A stretch of 41,884 bases of DNA from Methanosarcinales archaeon (GCA_030610815.1 JAUWRA010000002.1:1-41884); one strand, 5' to 3'; counted from the first letter of the stretch, positions 18,696-28,694 are shown. Notes: a model not told the origin generated them from the letters alone. Program-made: numbers and translations.

Positions 18696-20741
18696 ATGGC
18701 TGTTGATAATATAGTATATTTGATACCGGCACTTCCGGTGTTAGCATTCGTACTTACCCTTGCTTTTGGCAAGAAACTTCCCTCAGGTGGAGGATATATA
18801 CCGATACTGGCAATCGCCATATCCTGTATTATATCTGTAATGGCATTTTTACAGATATATAACACGGGTATACCCATTGAGGTATCTGCTCATTGGTTTT
18901 CAGTATTGAACGTTGGTATTTTGATCGATCCTCTGGCAAGTGTAATGTTGATGATGGTCACTTTTGTGAGTTTGCTCATCCACATCTATGCTATAGGTTA
19001 TATGGCACACGACCCAGGCAAACCCAGATATTTCGCAGAGACCGCATTGTTCACTGCTGCTATGCTGGGTGTGGTGCTGGCAGATAACATCCTCCAGTTC
19101 TTCATTGCTTGGGAACTGGTAGGTCTGTGTTCATATCTGCTGATCGGGTTCTGGTTCAGGAAACCTACAGCTGCAGCCGCAGCTAAGAAGGCTTTCCTCA
19201 CAACCCGTGTAGGTGATGTGCTGTTCTTAGCTGGTATAGTAATATTATATTCCAGTATGAGAGATGTTTTTTTGGAGCGCTTTCCAGCTGGTATACCCGA
19301 CGGGACCTATTTACTTCAATTCAGTACGATCTTCGATAATATATCACATATAGATCCTACTAACCTTACTATTATTACACTGCTCTTCTTTGGCGGTGCG
19401 GTAGGTAAGAGCGGGCAGTTCCCGCTGCATGTATGGTTGCCTGATGCAATGGAAGGTCCCACTACGGTTTCGGCCTTGATCCATGCAGCTACAATGGTAA
19501 CTGCTGGTGTGTATTTAGTTGCCAGGACGTTCCCGATGTTTATTGCATCTCCTGCGGTTGAATTAGCGGGAATTACAATTCCTGCAACACTTACTGTTGT
19601 AGCTTATATAGGCGGTTTTACAGCACTGTTCGCATCTACCATGGGACTGGTAATGAACGATATCAAACGTGTACTTGCCTTTTCTACGATCAGCCAGCTT
19701 GGATATATGATGCTGGCACTTGGAATGGGATCGGTAATAGGTGTTGCTGCAGTAGGTTTTGCCATGTTCCACCTGATCAATCATGCATTCTTCAAAGCAT
19801 GTCTGTTCTTGTGTGCAGGTAGTGTCATTCATTCGACTGGTACAAATGATCTGCGTGAAATGGGTGGTCTGATGAGTAAGATGAAGATCACAGGGATCAC
19901 CATGTTATTTTCTTCACTGGCACTTGCCGGTATTGGTATACCATTTTTGAAAATTATTGGTACGCCTATTGGTACCAGCGGCTTTGTCAGTAAGGATGCG
20001 ATCATTTTGGAAGGTTCATATGTATTTGCTAATGTGACACATGACTGGATCCCATTTGCCTTTGGTGTATTAGCGGCATTATTGACAGCAATATATACAT
20101 TCAGGCTGTGGTTTATGGCATTCACAGGGAAACCCCGCCAGGAAAGACATCCTCATGAGTCGCCAGCAACTATGACAGGAGTTTTATCAATTCTTGCTGT
20201 GTTTGCATTGGTATTTGGAATGCTCACCTTCATTCCGTTCAATATTTTCGTCGGTCATACATATGATCACCATGAGATTGAAGAACTTGCTGGATTAGCT
20301 GGAAATCATGTTATAGGTCATGATGAAATTCTTGATATCGCCCATCATGCTTCCCCAATAATAACCCTATTACCGGTTATCGTTGGTGTAGGTGGACTAC
20401 TGTTAGCATGGGTAATCTATAACAGGCGTTGGATAAGTGTGGCATCGATCGGGAATATGCGAAATCCGTTATTCAAGATTCTTGCCAAGCGGTACTACCA
20501 GCATGAAATATTCATTGAACTGATATCCCTGAAGTTCACTTATGGAGTACTTGCCCTGGCCGGTGAGTTCAGTGACCGTAAGATAGTTGATGGTATCATT
20601 GACGGCATAAGTTCATTTATCATAGGAGGAGCAGAAGTCTTGAAAAAGATTCAAACAGGTGTGGTGCAGAATTATGCCACAGCAACGGTTTTAGGGGTGG
20701 GCTTGATAGCCCTTATCCTTTCATTAAGGTGGGTGATCTAA
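18696..20741 (+). CDS. fpoL: Fpo subunit L
   Basis: WELVGLCSYLLIGFW, GKSGQFPLHVWLPDAMEGPTTVSALIHAATMV, HAFFKA. Confidence 0.95.
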   Translation: MAVDNIVYLIPALPVLAFVLTLAFGKKLPSGGGYIPILAIAISCIISVMAFLQIYNTGIPIEVSAHWFSVLNVGILIDPLASVMLMMVTFVSLLIHIYAIGYMAHDPGKPRYFAETALFTAAMLGVVLADNILQFFIAWELVGLCSYLLIGFWFRKPTAAAAAKKAFLTTRVGDVLFLAGIVILYSSMRDVFLERFPAGIPDGTYLLQFSTIFDNISHIDPTNLTIITLLFFGGAVGKSGQFPLHVWLPDAMEGPTTVSALIHAATMVTAGVYLVARTFPMFIASPAVELAGITIPATLTVVAYIGGFTALFASTMGLVMNDIKRVLAFSTISQLGYMMLALGMGSVIGVAAVGFAMFHLINHAFFKACLFLCAGSVIHSTGTNDLREMGGLMSKMKITGITMLFSSLALAGIGIPFLKIIGTPIGTSGFVSKDAIILEGSYVFANVTHDWIPFAFGVLAALLTAIYTFRLWFMAFTGKPRQERHPHESPATMTGVLSILAVFALVFGMLTFIPFNIFVGHTYDHHEIEELAGLAGNHVIGHDEILDIAHHASPIITLLPVIVGVGGLLLAWVIYNRRWISVASIGNMRNPLFKILAKRYYQHEIFIELISLKFTYGVLALAGEFSDRKIVDGIIDGISSFIIGGAEVLKKIQTGVVQNYATATVLGVGLIALILSLRWVI

Positions 20742-22223
20742 GTGGTGGATTATGTACTTTCGTTAATACTGTTCATCCCACTCATAGGTGCTGCCCTAAC
20801 GCTGTTATTTACCAAGAGCCGTGAATCAGCCAGAATGGTTGCATTTGTCTCATCAGCAATATCATTTGTACTTACAATAATGATATATCTCCAGTTCGAA
20901 CCAGGTATAGCTTTCCTGGGATTCCAGTTCGAGGAAAAAATCGGCTGGATCAGCAGTATGGGAATAAATTACCAACTTGGTGTTGACGGAGTCAGCATGC
21001 CGTTGATTTTATTAAATGCAATACTGTGTCCGTTAACCATTGTTTATGCATGGGGAGAGAGCAAACTGCCCAACCAGTTCTTTGCTTTGATACTGGTGCT
21101 GCAGGCTGGAGTGTTCGGGGTATTCATGTCCCTGGATTTCTTCCTGTTCTACATATTCTGGGAACTGACACTGATACCATTGTACTTCCTGATAAGTATC
21201 TGGGGCGGTCCTAATAAGGACTATGCAGCCATTAAATTCTTTATTTATACTCATGTTGCCAGTCTTGTAATGGTCCTGGGTATATTTGCGCTGTATTTCA
21301 GTACTGGTGTCAATACATTTGAAATACCGGTATTGTTAGAGGCATTTTCTGACATAGTATCTGCTGAGATGAGAGTTGGTATTTTCCTTGCCCTGTTCTT
21401 TGGGTTTTTGGTGAAGATGCCTACTGTTCCATTCCATACCTGGCTGCCAGATGCCCATGTGGAAGCACCCACTGCAGGCAGTGTCCTGCTGGCCGGTGTG
21501 CTGCTTAAGATGGGCGGCTACGGGCTGTTCAGGGTATTGTTACCAATGATGGATAGCCTTGGACCATATCGTTCAAGTATAATCACATTAATGGCGGTGC
21601 TGGCTGTGGTAAGCATATTATATGCTACATTTTTGGCACTGGCACAGAAAGATCTGAAAAAGATGGTCGCTTACAGCAGTGTAGCCCATATGGGTTATGT
21701 GATGCTGGGAGCTGCCGCATTCAACTATATGTCAGTTTCAGGAGCCATGTTCCAGCAATTCAGTCACGGACTGATCACTGCCGTGCTTTTCATGAGCGTA
21801 GGTGTGATACAGCACAGTGTTCATACCAGGATCATACCAGACCTGGGTGGATTGGCTGACCGGATGCCAAAACTGGCCTTCTTGATGATGTGTGGATTCA
21901 TGGCATCACTGGGACTTCCGGCTATGAGTGGTTTTATTGCTGAGTTTATGGTACTAACAGGAAGTTACCTGACTCTACCAGTATATGCACTGTTGGCAAT
22001 GGTTGGTATTGTAGCTACGGCTGGTTATCACCTGTGGGCAATGCAACGTGCCATGTTTGGCAGTTACAACGAGAAACTTGGTGAACCTCATGACCTGGCT
22101 AACTTCGAAATGATACCCATGGCAATACTGGTGTTGTTGATAATATTGTTTGGAGTATATCCGGGATCAGTGATGGAAATGTTTGAACATGCCAGTAAAA
22201 TCATTCCAGGAGTGATGATATGA
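20742..22223 (+). CDS. fpoM: Fpo subunit M
   Basis: FWELTLIP, PFHTWLPDAHVEAPT, LLKMGGYG, AYSSVAHMG. Confidence 0.95.
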   Translation: MVDYVLSLILFIPLIGAALTLLFTKSRESARMVAFVSSAISFVLTIMIYLQFEPGIAFLGFQFEEKIGWISSMGINYQLGVDGVSMPLILLNAILCPLTIVYAWGESKLPNQFFALILVLQAGVFGVFMSLDFFLFYIFWELTLIPLYFLISIWGGPNKDYAAIKFFIYTHVASLVMVLGIFALYFSTGVNTFEIPVLLEAFSDIVSAEMRVGIFLALFFGFLVKMPTVPFHTWLPDAHVEAPTAGSVLLAGVLLKMGGYGLFRVLLPMMDSLGPYRSSIITLMAVLAVVSILYATFLALAQKDLKKMVAYSSVAHMGYVMLGAAAFNYMSVSGAMFQQFSHGLITAVLFMSVGVIQHSVHTRIIPDLGGLADRMPKLAFLMMCGFMASLGLPAMSGFIAEFMVLTGSYLTLPVYALLAMVGIVATAGYHLWAMQRAMFGSYNEKLGEPHDLANFEMIPMAILVLLIILFGVYPGSVMEMFEHASKIIPGVMI

Positions 22224-23698
22224 ATTATATAGAATTAGCGTCAGAATTCGCTCCGGAATTGATATTGACCATCGGGGCTCTTGCCATTATGATGATCGGT
22301 CTATTTCTGGCAAATTCACAGAAAAAGGTACTGGGATATCTTGCCACAATATTCCTTGCAGTGGCCAGCTTGGTCATTGTGTACAGGGGAATATATGATA
22401 TACAGATGGAAGGCATATTGGCAGATTCCCTGACCATCGACCCCATGAGCCAGTTCTTTAAGCTGACCTTCTTAGTGGTATCCCTGATTGTGGTTATTGC
22501 ATCGATAAAGGAGTATGATGGCCATTCGAATCAAGACGAGTATTATACTCTAATACTACTCGGGACCATCGGAATGATGGTAGTGGCCTCAGCGATAGAT
22601 ATTGTGACTATGTTCATCGGGTTTGAACTGGCCAGTTTATCCACTTATGCACTGGCAGGATTCAATAAGAAGGATCCAAATAGCCTGGAAGCGGCAGTCA
22701 AGTACTTCATCATAGGTGCCCTGTCATCCGCATTGCTGTTGTTCGGTCTTTCATACATATATGGTATGAGCGGTGGCCTTACAAACATCAGTGAACTGGC
22801 TGTTTTCTTTAACAATAATCCCGCGGTCCTCCAGAGTCCAATGGGTATAATAGCTTTAATGCTGATCGTGGCCGGATTCGGATTTAAGATGGCATTAGTA
22901 CCGTTCCATATGTGGGCACCGGATACATATCAAGGTGCACCTACCGTTATATCAGCATTACTGGCAGCAGGGTCCAAGAAGATGGCCTTCGTTGCAGCCT
23001 TCAGGATATTATTGATTGCGATGATAGCCATCAAGATCGATATAGCAATGGTGTTCATGATTCTTGCAATAATTACCATGACCCTTGGGAATGTGGTTGC
23101 CCTTAGCCAAAGGAGTTTAAAGCGTATGCTTGCTTATTCTTCAGTGGCACAGGCAGGATACATTTCCATGGTGTTTGTAGTAATGTCGCCCGAAGCATTG
23201 ACTGGAGGCATACTGTATGTTATGTCTCATGCATTCATGAAGACGGGTGCTTTCATTGCAGTAGCAGCACTGGGATATATGTTGTTGAAGGAGAACAGTA
23301 ATGCAAAGGACGTTGATCATCTGGATAACTTTGCCGGACTAGGTAAAAGGTCTCCATTTTTGGCATTCAGTATTATGATATTCCTGTTTGCCCTGGCTGG
23401 TATTCCATTCACGGCAGGTTTTGTCAGTAAGTTCATACTGTTCTTATCAGTGCTGGAAGGAGGATTTTATCTCCTTGTGATCTTTGCCATATTGAATAGT
23501 GCATTGTCCCTGTATTATTACGCCAGGGTTGTGAAATATATGTATGTACTTCCGCCTTCGTCCGATGAAAAATTGAAAGTACCCGGAACATATGCAGTAG
23601 CTATACTGCTGGCAATTATAGGCGTGCTGGCAATAGGAATTGTTCCTGAACCATTCATCAACTGGGCAGCAAGTGCAGCTAATGTACTGGGACTATAA
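22220..23698 (+). CDS. fpoN: Fpo subunit N
   Basis: EAAVKYF, FKMALVPFHMWAPDTYQGAP, KRMLAYSS. Confidence 0.95.
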   Translation: MNYIELASEFAPELILTIGALAIMMIGLFLANSQKKVLGYLATIFLAVASLVIVYRGIYDIQMEGILADSLTIDPMSQFFKLTFLVVSLIVVIASIKEYDGHSNQDEYYTLILLGTIGMMVVASAIDIVTMFIGFELASLSTYALAGFNKKDPNSLEAAVKYFIIGALSSALLLFGLSYIYGMSGGLTNISELAVFFNNNPAVLQSPMGIIALMLIVAGFGFKMALVPFHMWAPDTYQGAPTVISALLAAGSKKMAFVAAFRILLIAMIAIKIDIAMVFMILAIITMTLGNVVALSQRSLKRMLAYSSVAQAGYISMVFVVMSPEALTGGILYVMSHAFMKTGAFIAVAALGYMLLKENSNAKDVDHLDNFAGLGKRSPFLAFSIMIFLFALAGIPFTAGFVSKFILFLSVLEGGFYLLVIFAILNSALSLYYYARVVKYMYVLPPSSDEKLKVPGTYAVAILLAIIGVLAIGIVPEPFINWAASAANVLGL

Positions 23699-23713
23699 TA
23701 GGAGGTGAAAAAT

Positions 23714-24067
23714 ATGGCAGATTGTGATCTATGCGGGGTAGGAAGACCTACTCTATGTCCTGTGAAACCAGATGTACCGAGATACAGAAACGCCTACCCT
23801 ACAGGGATGTGGATGGCCATTTGCGAGGAATGCACCAACGCCTCCCACGACGCCAATAAAATCCGTACAAAGGCAAAAGGTTCCAAATGCAACCTTTGTG
23901 GAAGAAAGGGTGATCAACTGTATGCTGTGGAAACAAGAGTTCCTGATTTCAGCGAGCCTTATTATAAGGAAAAAGTAGCGGAGATCTGTGAATCATGCCT
24001 GGAAGCCACCGAGAATGCATACAACAAACGGCAGGCAGAACTGGCATCCCATAAAGGCCACCATTGA
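23714..24067 (+). CDS. fpoO: Fpo subunit O
   Basis: MADCDLCG...PTLCP; four CxxC pairs; last gene of operon; GGAGGTGA SD. Confidence 0.9.
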   Translation: MADCDLCGVGRPTLCPVKPDVPRYRNAYPTGMWMAICEECTNASHDANKIRTKAKGSKCNLCGRKGDQLYAVETRVPDFSEPYYKEKVAEICESCLEATENAYNKRQAELASHKGHH

Positions 24068-24073
24068 TTGAAA

Positions 24074-24120
24074 AGGGGTACTTTTAACCCCTGTTCATTC
24101 TTTTTTATCTGTCTTTTTTT
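24074..24120 (+). terminator. Hairpin plus T-tracts after fpoO
   Basis: AGGGGT/ACCCCT stem followed by TTTTTT and TTTTTTT runs between convergent genes. Confidence 0.55.
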
Positions 24121-25385
24121 TATTTTTTAATTTCACCTATCAGGTAAGTGATAGTAGAGCCTGTTATTTTCACATCGTACCAGTTACCTAACGGTAAATC
24201 CTCTTTAACTACGATGTTATTGTAATAGATATCCCGTCCTATAGTAGAATTATCCTTACCCACCTCTGTTGTCAAAACATGTGTAGTATCCCCTATCCTC
24301 TTTCTGAACAGTTCCCTGTTAACAGTATGATGTACTTTTGTCAGTCTACGTGAACGTTCTTTTTTATTCCATGATGGCAGGTCACGCAAATGGGAGGAAT
24401 GTGTGTTCGGTCGTGGTGAATATCTGGTAATATTGACCTTCTGAGGACGAATTTCCTTTAGCAGTTCCAGTGTATCAATAAAGTCCTGCTCGGTCTCTGT
24501 AGGATACCCTACAATAAAATCTGTTGAGATTACCATGCCAGGAAAATTGTTCCTGAACGTATCTATGATATATTTGAACTCTTCTGATGTATGCTTGCGG
24601 TTCATGTGTTGCAGGACCTTATCTGATCCGGACTGGATGGGAATGTGAAGGAACTTGAAAATATGCGGGCTTTGAAAGGATTCAATTACATCGTCGATAA
24701 TATCAATAACCGTGAACGGATTCATCATGCCAACCCTTATCATATAATCCCCTTCAACAGCGGTTACGTCACGTAGCAGTTCAGGCAGTCTTACACCCAT
24801 ATCCATGCCGTAAGCCGATGTGTCCTGCGAAGTAATCTGGATCTCTCTGGCACCACGCTGTACAAGTGACCTTATTTCATCAACAATATCTGGAACAGGG
24901 CGGCTTACCAGTTTGCCCCTGGCCTGCTTTACGATACAGTAGGAGCACTGTCCTGCACATCCCTGCGAGATGCTAACAATACCTGTTACACCATCCAGTA
25001 TTGGAACATCATAGGGGGCAGGGGCAGTAATGCCATTACTACCAACAATATTACTATCTATAAAATTACTACCTACAATATCAGTGATATCATCCAGTGA
25101 AGCAGGTGTTACTGACGGGCTGTCAATACCAGCCAGGGTATCGGGCTGGGCTGCAGGTAAACACCCTGCTACCACAATGTCCTTATCCAGATCAGATAGT
25201 AAATTGATATACTTCAGGACCTTTTGCTGGGTGGTCTCTGTAACAGTGCATGTGTTAACTACTATCAGGTCGGACAAATCCGGATTGTCGATAAAAACAT
25301 GACCTTGCGAGGCAAGCAATTGCATGATCCTGTGACTATCGGCTTTGTTAGCCGTACAGCCAAAGGTCTTTATATGTATTTTCAT
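24120..25385 (-). CDS. tRNA methylthiotransferase, archaeal MtaB/CDKAL1 (MiaB-like) family
   Basis: UPF0004 (TFGCTAN, VNTCTV, AGCL), radical SAM CAGQCSYC, RVGMMNP, C-terminal TRAM. Confidence 0.9.
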   Translation of the reverse strand: MKIHIKTFGCTANKADSHRIMQLLASQGHVFIDNPDLSDLIVVNTCTVTETTQQKVLKYINLLSDLDKDIVVAGCLPAAQPDTLAGIDSPSVTPASLDDITDIVGSNFIDSNIVGSNGITAPAPYDVPILDGVTGIVSISQGCAGQCSYCIVKQARGKLVSRPVPDIVDEIRSLVQRGAREIQITSQDTSAYGMDMGVRLPELLRDVTAVEGDYMIRVGMMNPFTVIDIIDDVIESFQSPHIFKFLHIPIQSGSDKVLQHMNRKHTSEEFKYIIDTFRNNFPGMVISTDFIVGYPTETEQDFIDTLELLKEIRPQKVNITRYSPRPNTHSSHLRDLPSWNKKERSRRLTKVHHTVNRELFRKRIGDTTHVLTTEVGKDNSTIGRDIYYNNIVVKEDLPLGNWYDVKITGSTITYLIGEIKK

Positions 25386-25399
25386 CCCTGGAAAAGGAT

Positions 25400-26557
25400 T
25401 TAGGTTACAATCATATCAAGTTTACCCATCTCAATGGCATTGCGGATCTCCATTGCCAACCGTCTGCCCGTGCTCATGGGGATGCGCCAGGTGGTATTAC
25501 CGTATGGGTGCCCCACTGACATGTGGACATTTGTTCCGCCGCCCACCCTGGGAGCCACGTCATAGATGTAGAAGTTAAGGTCCTTATCCACGCAGGTCTG
25601 GAGACAAAAGGGACCGATTATGCCTGGATCGTAGTATTTCTGGGTGGCTGATACGTACTTCTCTGCCAGTTCAAAAGCTTCTTCGAGTAGCGATTCCCTT
25701 AGTGTGGCTGAGTTGTGGCCGCAGACCGTGTACTCGGGTGTTACCTGCCCGGGATCAAGCGTCATCTGCTGGGGTGCGGGCAGCCTGACATGTCCGTCGA
25801 GACTTGTCTCGAACCGCCAGTCGATACCCAGTAGCTCGACCGGGCTTAGGTCTTCCTCGATGGGTGAATAAAAGAAATCAAGATTAAAGACCGGGCCGAT
25901 GATATAGCGTTCGATGCGGGCGTTGTCAAGAGCGGACTGGGTTATGACGTTCTGTGCCAGCAGTGATTCTGATTTTTCCAAGTATTCATCATAGGTTGCG
26001 GCACTAAAGAAACCCCGTTCAAGTTTCTTGACAGCATGGGGTAGTTTTACCATGACCAGTTCGTCTATTTCCTGTGGGTCTTCCAGCTTTTCAGGATAGG
26101 GCAGACCGGCTTTGTCCAGCAGCCAATAATAGTCCTGTTCTTCGCCTCGCTCTTCGCTTCGCAGCAAGTTCCGGCTGCCCACAAGCGGTACCCTGAAATC
26201 ATCTTCGATGGCGTCTATTCCGCAGTAGGATGTAAAGGAGCGGTTAGGTATGAAAAGTATGTTATTGTCGATGAGTGATTGCTGTTCTGCAGGCAGGAGA
26301 AGTTCATCAAAACTGTCATATACAACCCAGTCGTCCACCACGCCGCGTATGACGCAGCCGTTCTCGTCACACTTGGTCCTGAAGTAATTGGTATAGGTCT
26401 GTTCACGGCCGCTGCGGCATATGGCATAGGTCTGGAAACCTTCTTCCACTGCTCCGTCAAATACATCCAGGGCTGAATGGGATGCTACGGCACCGATCTT
26501 GTAATCGGTTGGGTCGTATTCCTGGAGTACTTCGATAATCTCGTTTCTGTCGATCAT
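25400..26557 (-). CDS. purP: PurP-family ATP-grasp formate ligase (purine biosynthesis)
   Basis: ASHSALD..DGA, PNRSF, LERGFF, GH-x-x-ATLRESLLE, GPFCLQ, DVAPRVGGGTN. May be the PurP-like paralog rather than the AICAR formyltransferase itself. Confidence 0.85.
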   Translation of the reverse strand: MIDRNEIIEVLQEYDPTDYKIGAVASHSALDVFDGAVEEGFQTYAICRSGREQTYTNYFRTKCDENGCVIRGVVDDWVVYDSFDELLLPAEQQSLIDNNILFIPNRSFTSYCGIDAIEDDFRVPLVGSRNLLRSEERGEEQDYYWLLDKAGLPYPEKLEDPQEIDELVMVKLPHAVKKLERGFFSAATYDEYLEKSESLLAQNVITQSALDNARIERYIIGPVFNLDFFYSPIEEDLSPVELLGIDWRFETSLDGHVRLPAPQQMTLDPGQVTPEYTVCGHNSATLRESLLEEAFELAEKYVSATQKYYDPGIIGPFCLQTCVDKDLNFYIYDVAPRVGGGTNVHMSVGHPYGNTTWRIPMSTGRRLAMEIRNAIEMGKLDMIVT

Positions 26558-26695
26558 GTTAGTTTGCCCTCGCAAAGAATGAATGTTGAATAATATGGCT
26601 ATAAAAGGGTAGGAGATTATAAAAAGGTGATGTTTTCGTTATGTCCTACGGCGGGAGCATAAGGATTAATAGGCAGTAAGGCTTAGTGGTTAGCA

Positions 26696-26712
26696 CCGAA
26701 ATAAGTTAATAA
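26696..26712 (+). promoter_or_regulatory. BRE-TATA-like promoter upstream of structured leader and tRNA
   Basis: CCGAAATAAG-TTAATAA; no other TATA seen closer to the tRNA. Confidence 0.5.
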
Positions 26713-26719
26713 TTGACAG

Positions 26720-26803
26720 ATATTCGGCCGCGGTATAGACGGCCCGAGTCACGCCACTGGAGGGCGTGTCCCACTCGCCTCCGGCTCGATGGGACCTGAA
26801 TGT
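26720..26803 (+). ncRNA. Candidate structured RNA / tRNA leader
   Basis: GC-rich island with stems GGCCG/CGGCC, CACGCC/GGCGTG, GTCCCA/TGGGAC and ATATTC/GAATGT. Confidence 0.45.
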
Positions 26804-26821
26804 GAAAGAATATAGCAATAT

Positions 26822-26892
26822 GCGGCCGTGGTCTAGCGGTATGACAGTGGCTTCCCAAGCCTCTAATCCGGGTTCGATTCCCGGCGGCCGCA
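26822..26892 (+). tRNA. tRNA-Gly(CCC), no intron, CCA not encoded
   Basis: Acceptor GCGGCCG/CGGCCGC+A, anticodon loop TTCCCAA, T arm CCGGG-TTCGATT-CCCGG. Confidence 0.96.
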
Positions 26893-27334
26893 TTACAATA
26901 TTTTCTTTCCAGGACCTATTTTTCCGCATTTTTTCTAATGCAATTAACCCTTCTTCTTAAGATATCATCCCTGCACGAAATAGGTAATAAAGTAGATGAG
27001 TACTGAAAAGTGTGGAAGTATTAGTTAGTTTAAGTTCTGGCATTGCATGGATATCATCGGAAACAATGAAATCACATTTTTTCTGAAGCGCAACTTCGAT
27101 GAGTTCTTCTTCCCCTGTTAATCTTTGTGATACTTCCATGATTGTTATTGTATGTAACAACTTCATTATTTCTCGTGCGGCTGCAGCGTCATTATCTGTA
27201 AATTTCCAAATCTCTTCAAGTTCAGAATGAATTTTTTTTGTTATTACGATATCTACCGTTTCGTCAATTGTACTGAGGTAACCGCTATACTGGAGTGCTA
27301 TCAATGAACGTGTATCGATGGCAAATATCATCAT
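26893..27334 (-). pseudogene. PIN-domain (VapC-like) toxin, nonsense-interrupted
   Basis: AIDT..LI, SEL, GEEELI, IVSDD acidic PIN pattern. After TAA 26957-26959 the frame continues EEGLIALEKMRKNRSWKENIV up to the tRNA 3' end. Confidence 0.65.
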
Positions 27335-27621
27335 TCACCAGACAGTCTGTCGATTTCCTTTTTCCCTTTTTGTGTCTTCTCACTGATCGTCCTGACATCT
27401 TCAGCCTCACGACCTACAGCGGTCTGTAATTCTTCGAATGATATATGGCCCATTGTATATTCCATAGCCAATGCTTCGCGATATTTCAATAGATCTTCTT
27501 TAACAGCTTCTGCTAATTTCATACTTAGCCAATCTGACCTTGGAACATGGAGTATGTGTGCCAGTGTATCGATTTCCTGTAAAGGATGTTCATTCAGCCT
27601 GATATTTATTTGAGTAATCAT
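27331..27621 (-). CDS. Putative ribbon-helix-helix antitoxin
   Basis: QINIRL-x5-EID-x-LA...RSDW RHH-like N-terminus; ATGA overlap with the PIN gene. Confidence 0.65.
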   Translation of the reverse strand: MITQINIRLNEHPLQEIDTLAHILHVPRSDWLSMKLAEAVKEDLLKYREALAMEYTMGHISFEELQTAVGREAEDVRTISEKTQKGKKEIDRLSGE

Positions 27622-27883
27622 AATGTATCAATTGATATCATATTGATAGTAAATGCTATATATTTTTTATCTTTAGAGATTATTAAAATAATTTTAAAAG
27701 CAATAGCAGCCCCTCCTCTCCCTGCTTTCATAACCCGCCCTGACATTAGTTGGCAGCAACCGCACGCAGGCACTCGTGCAGGAGGGGGTAGAACAAGTGC
27801 AAAAAGGAAGCAGGCCGGTTAAGTGCACAGAGCGGGAGGCAGGAAATTGGGAGAACGGTTTGGAACTGGAATTATTTTAATAC

Positions 27884-27954
27884 CAACCACAGGGTCGACA
27901 GAGGAACACAGAGAAAAGCAAAAATGCTCTGTGTGCTCTGGCCCTCTGTGGTTG
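27884..27954. repeat. Periodic palindromic element (CACAGAG unit)
   Basis: CAACCACAGGG-TCGACAGAG-GAACACAGAG, spacer, CTCTGTGTG-CTCTGGCC-CTCTGTGGTTG. Confidence 0.75.
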
Positions 27955-27986
27955 AATATCCCTTACTCTATCCTCACCAGCACGAT

Positions 27987-28649
27987 TTATCCCATTAACG
28001 AACTTGATAAAAATGTCATTACAATCCCGAATATCAAGAACAACAGCGGTAAAGCTACAGCGATCAAAGCCTTGCTGCTACTTAAACCATGTATGTGCCT
28101 GACACCCATAAATACCAGGCCGATGCTCCAGAATTTAAATATTGTACCAGAAGCTATGGAAGCCTGGTAGAATGGGTTGGACATAAAGTCAGCCATGGAA
28201 TTGTTAGAAGCCCCGGTGGATGAAATAGAAATATTAATCGGGTCAACAAAGTTCATTAATATAATTCCTACAACCGTACTGATTATAATGGGAATATTGG
28301 CATAACCATACACCACCAGCATCTGGATGAACTTGCCTTCCCCACCCAGGGCTACCGATATCAAATGAACGATACCTGCAGCAATGATCCACATAACAAA
28401 TACGCCTATCAATCCCATAATAATAGGTGCCACCGTGGTTATCAATTTCAATGTTTCCAGACCACTGACATCCATATCCCCATAATCATAGATGATCTTG
28501 CTTTGCATCAGGTATGCAGAAATTGCAGAAATAACTGAAGTTATTCCAACAATGAGGACTGCATCCTCTATGTAAGGATTTTCAGATATGTCTTCTATTG
28601 TTTCTTTGGGACGTGTGATCATCCCGGTAATTCTTTCCATCAGGTTCAT
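27987..28649 (-). CDS. Yip1-domain membrane protein
   Basis: P-x-ETIE N-terminus, LGGEGKF...GYANIP, five TM helices, HGLSSSKA. Confidence 0.85.
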   Translation of the reverse strand: MNLMERITGMITRPKETIEDISENPYIEDAVLIVGITSVISAISAYLMQSKIIYDYGDMDVSGLETLKLITTVAPIIMGLIGVFVMWIIAAGIVHLISVALGGEGKFIQMLVVYGYANIPIIISTVVGIILMNFVDPINISISSTGASNNSMADFMSNPFYQASIASGTIFKFWSIGLVFMGVRHIHGLSSSKALIAVALPLLFLIFGIVMTFLSSSLMG

Positions 28650-28694
28650 TCTTTTCCCTCCTAAATTCATTATCTATAACAATAACAATAACTA

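Noticed and set aside
25030-25080. IVGSN duplication in the methylthiotransferase
   Set aside because: A short in-frame duplication in the variable inter-domain linker; likely neutral.
26720-26803. HDV-like/theta ribozyme, ZTP riboswitch, or a true second tRNA
   Set aside because: GTCCC...GGGAC recalls HDV P2, but P3/P4 are absent. ZTP consensus is not matched. There is no TTCRA T-loop or U33.
26957-26959. Pyrrolysine/selenocysteine readthrough in the PIN gene
   Set aside because: The stop is TAA, not TAG or TGA.
26690-26960. ORFs overlapping the tRNA
   Set aside because: They read through tRNA-Gly; the minus one is only the tail of the broken PIN frame.
27700-28170. ORFs 27586-27822 and 27823-28170; also 35704-36469 and 37568-37871
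   Set aside because: They translate repeat or palindrome DNA or antisense strands and have no protein-like features.
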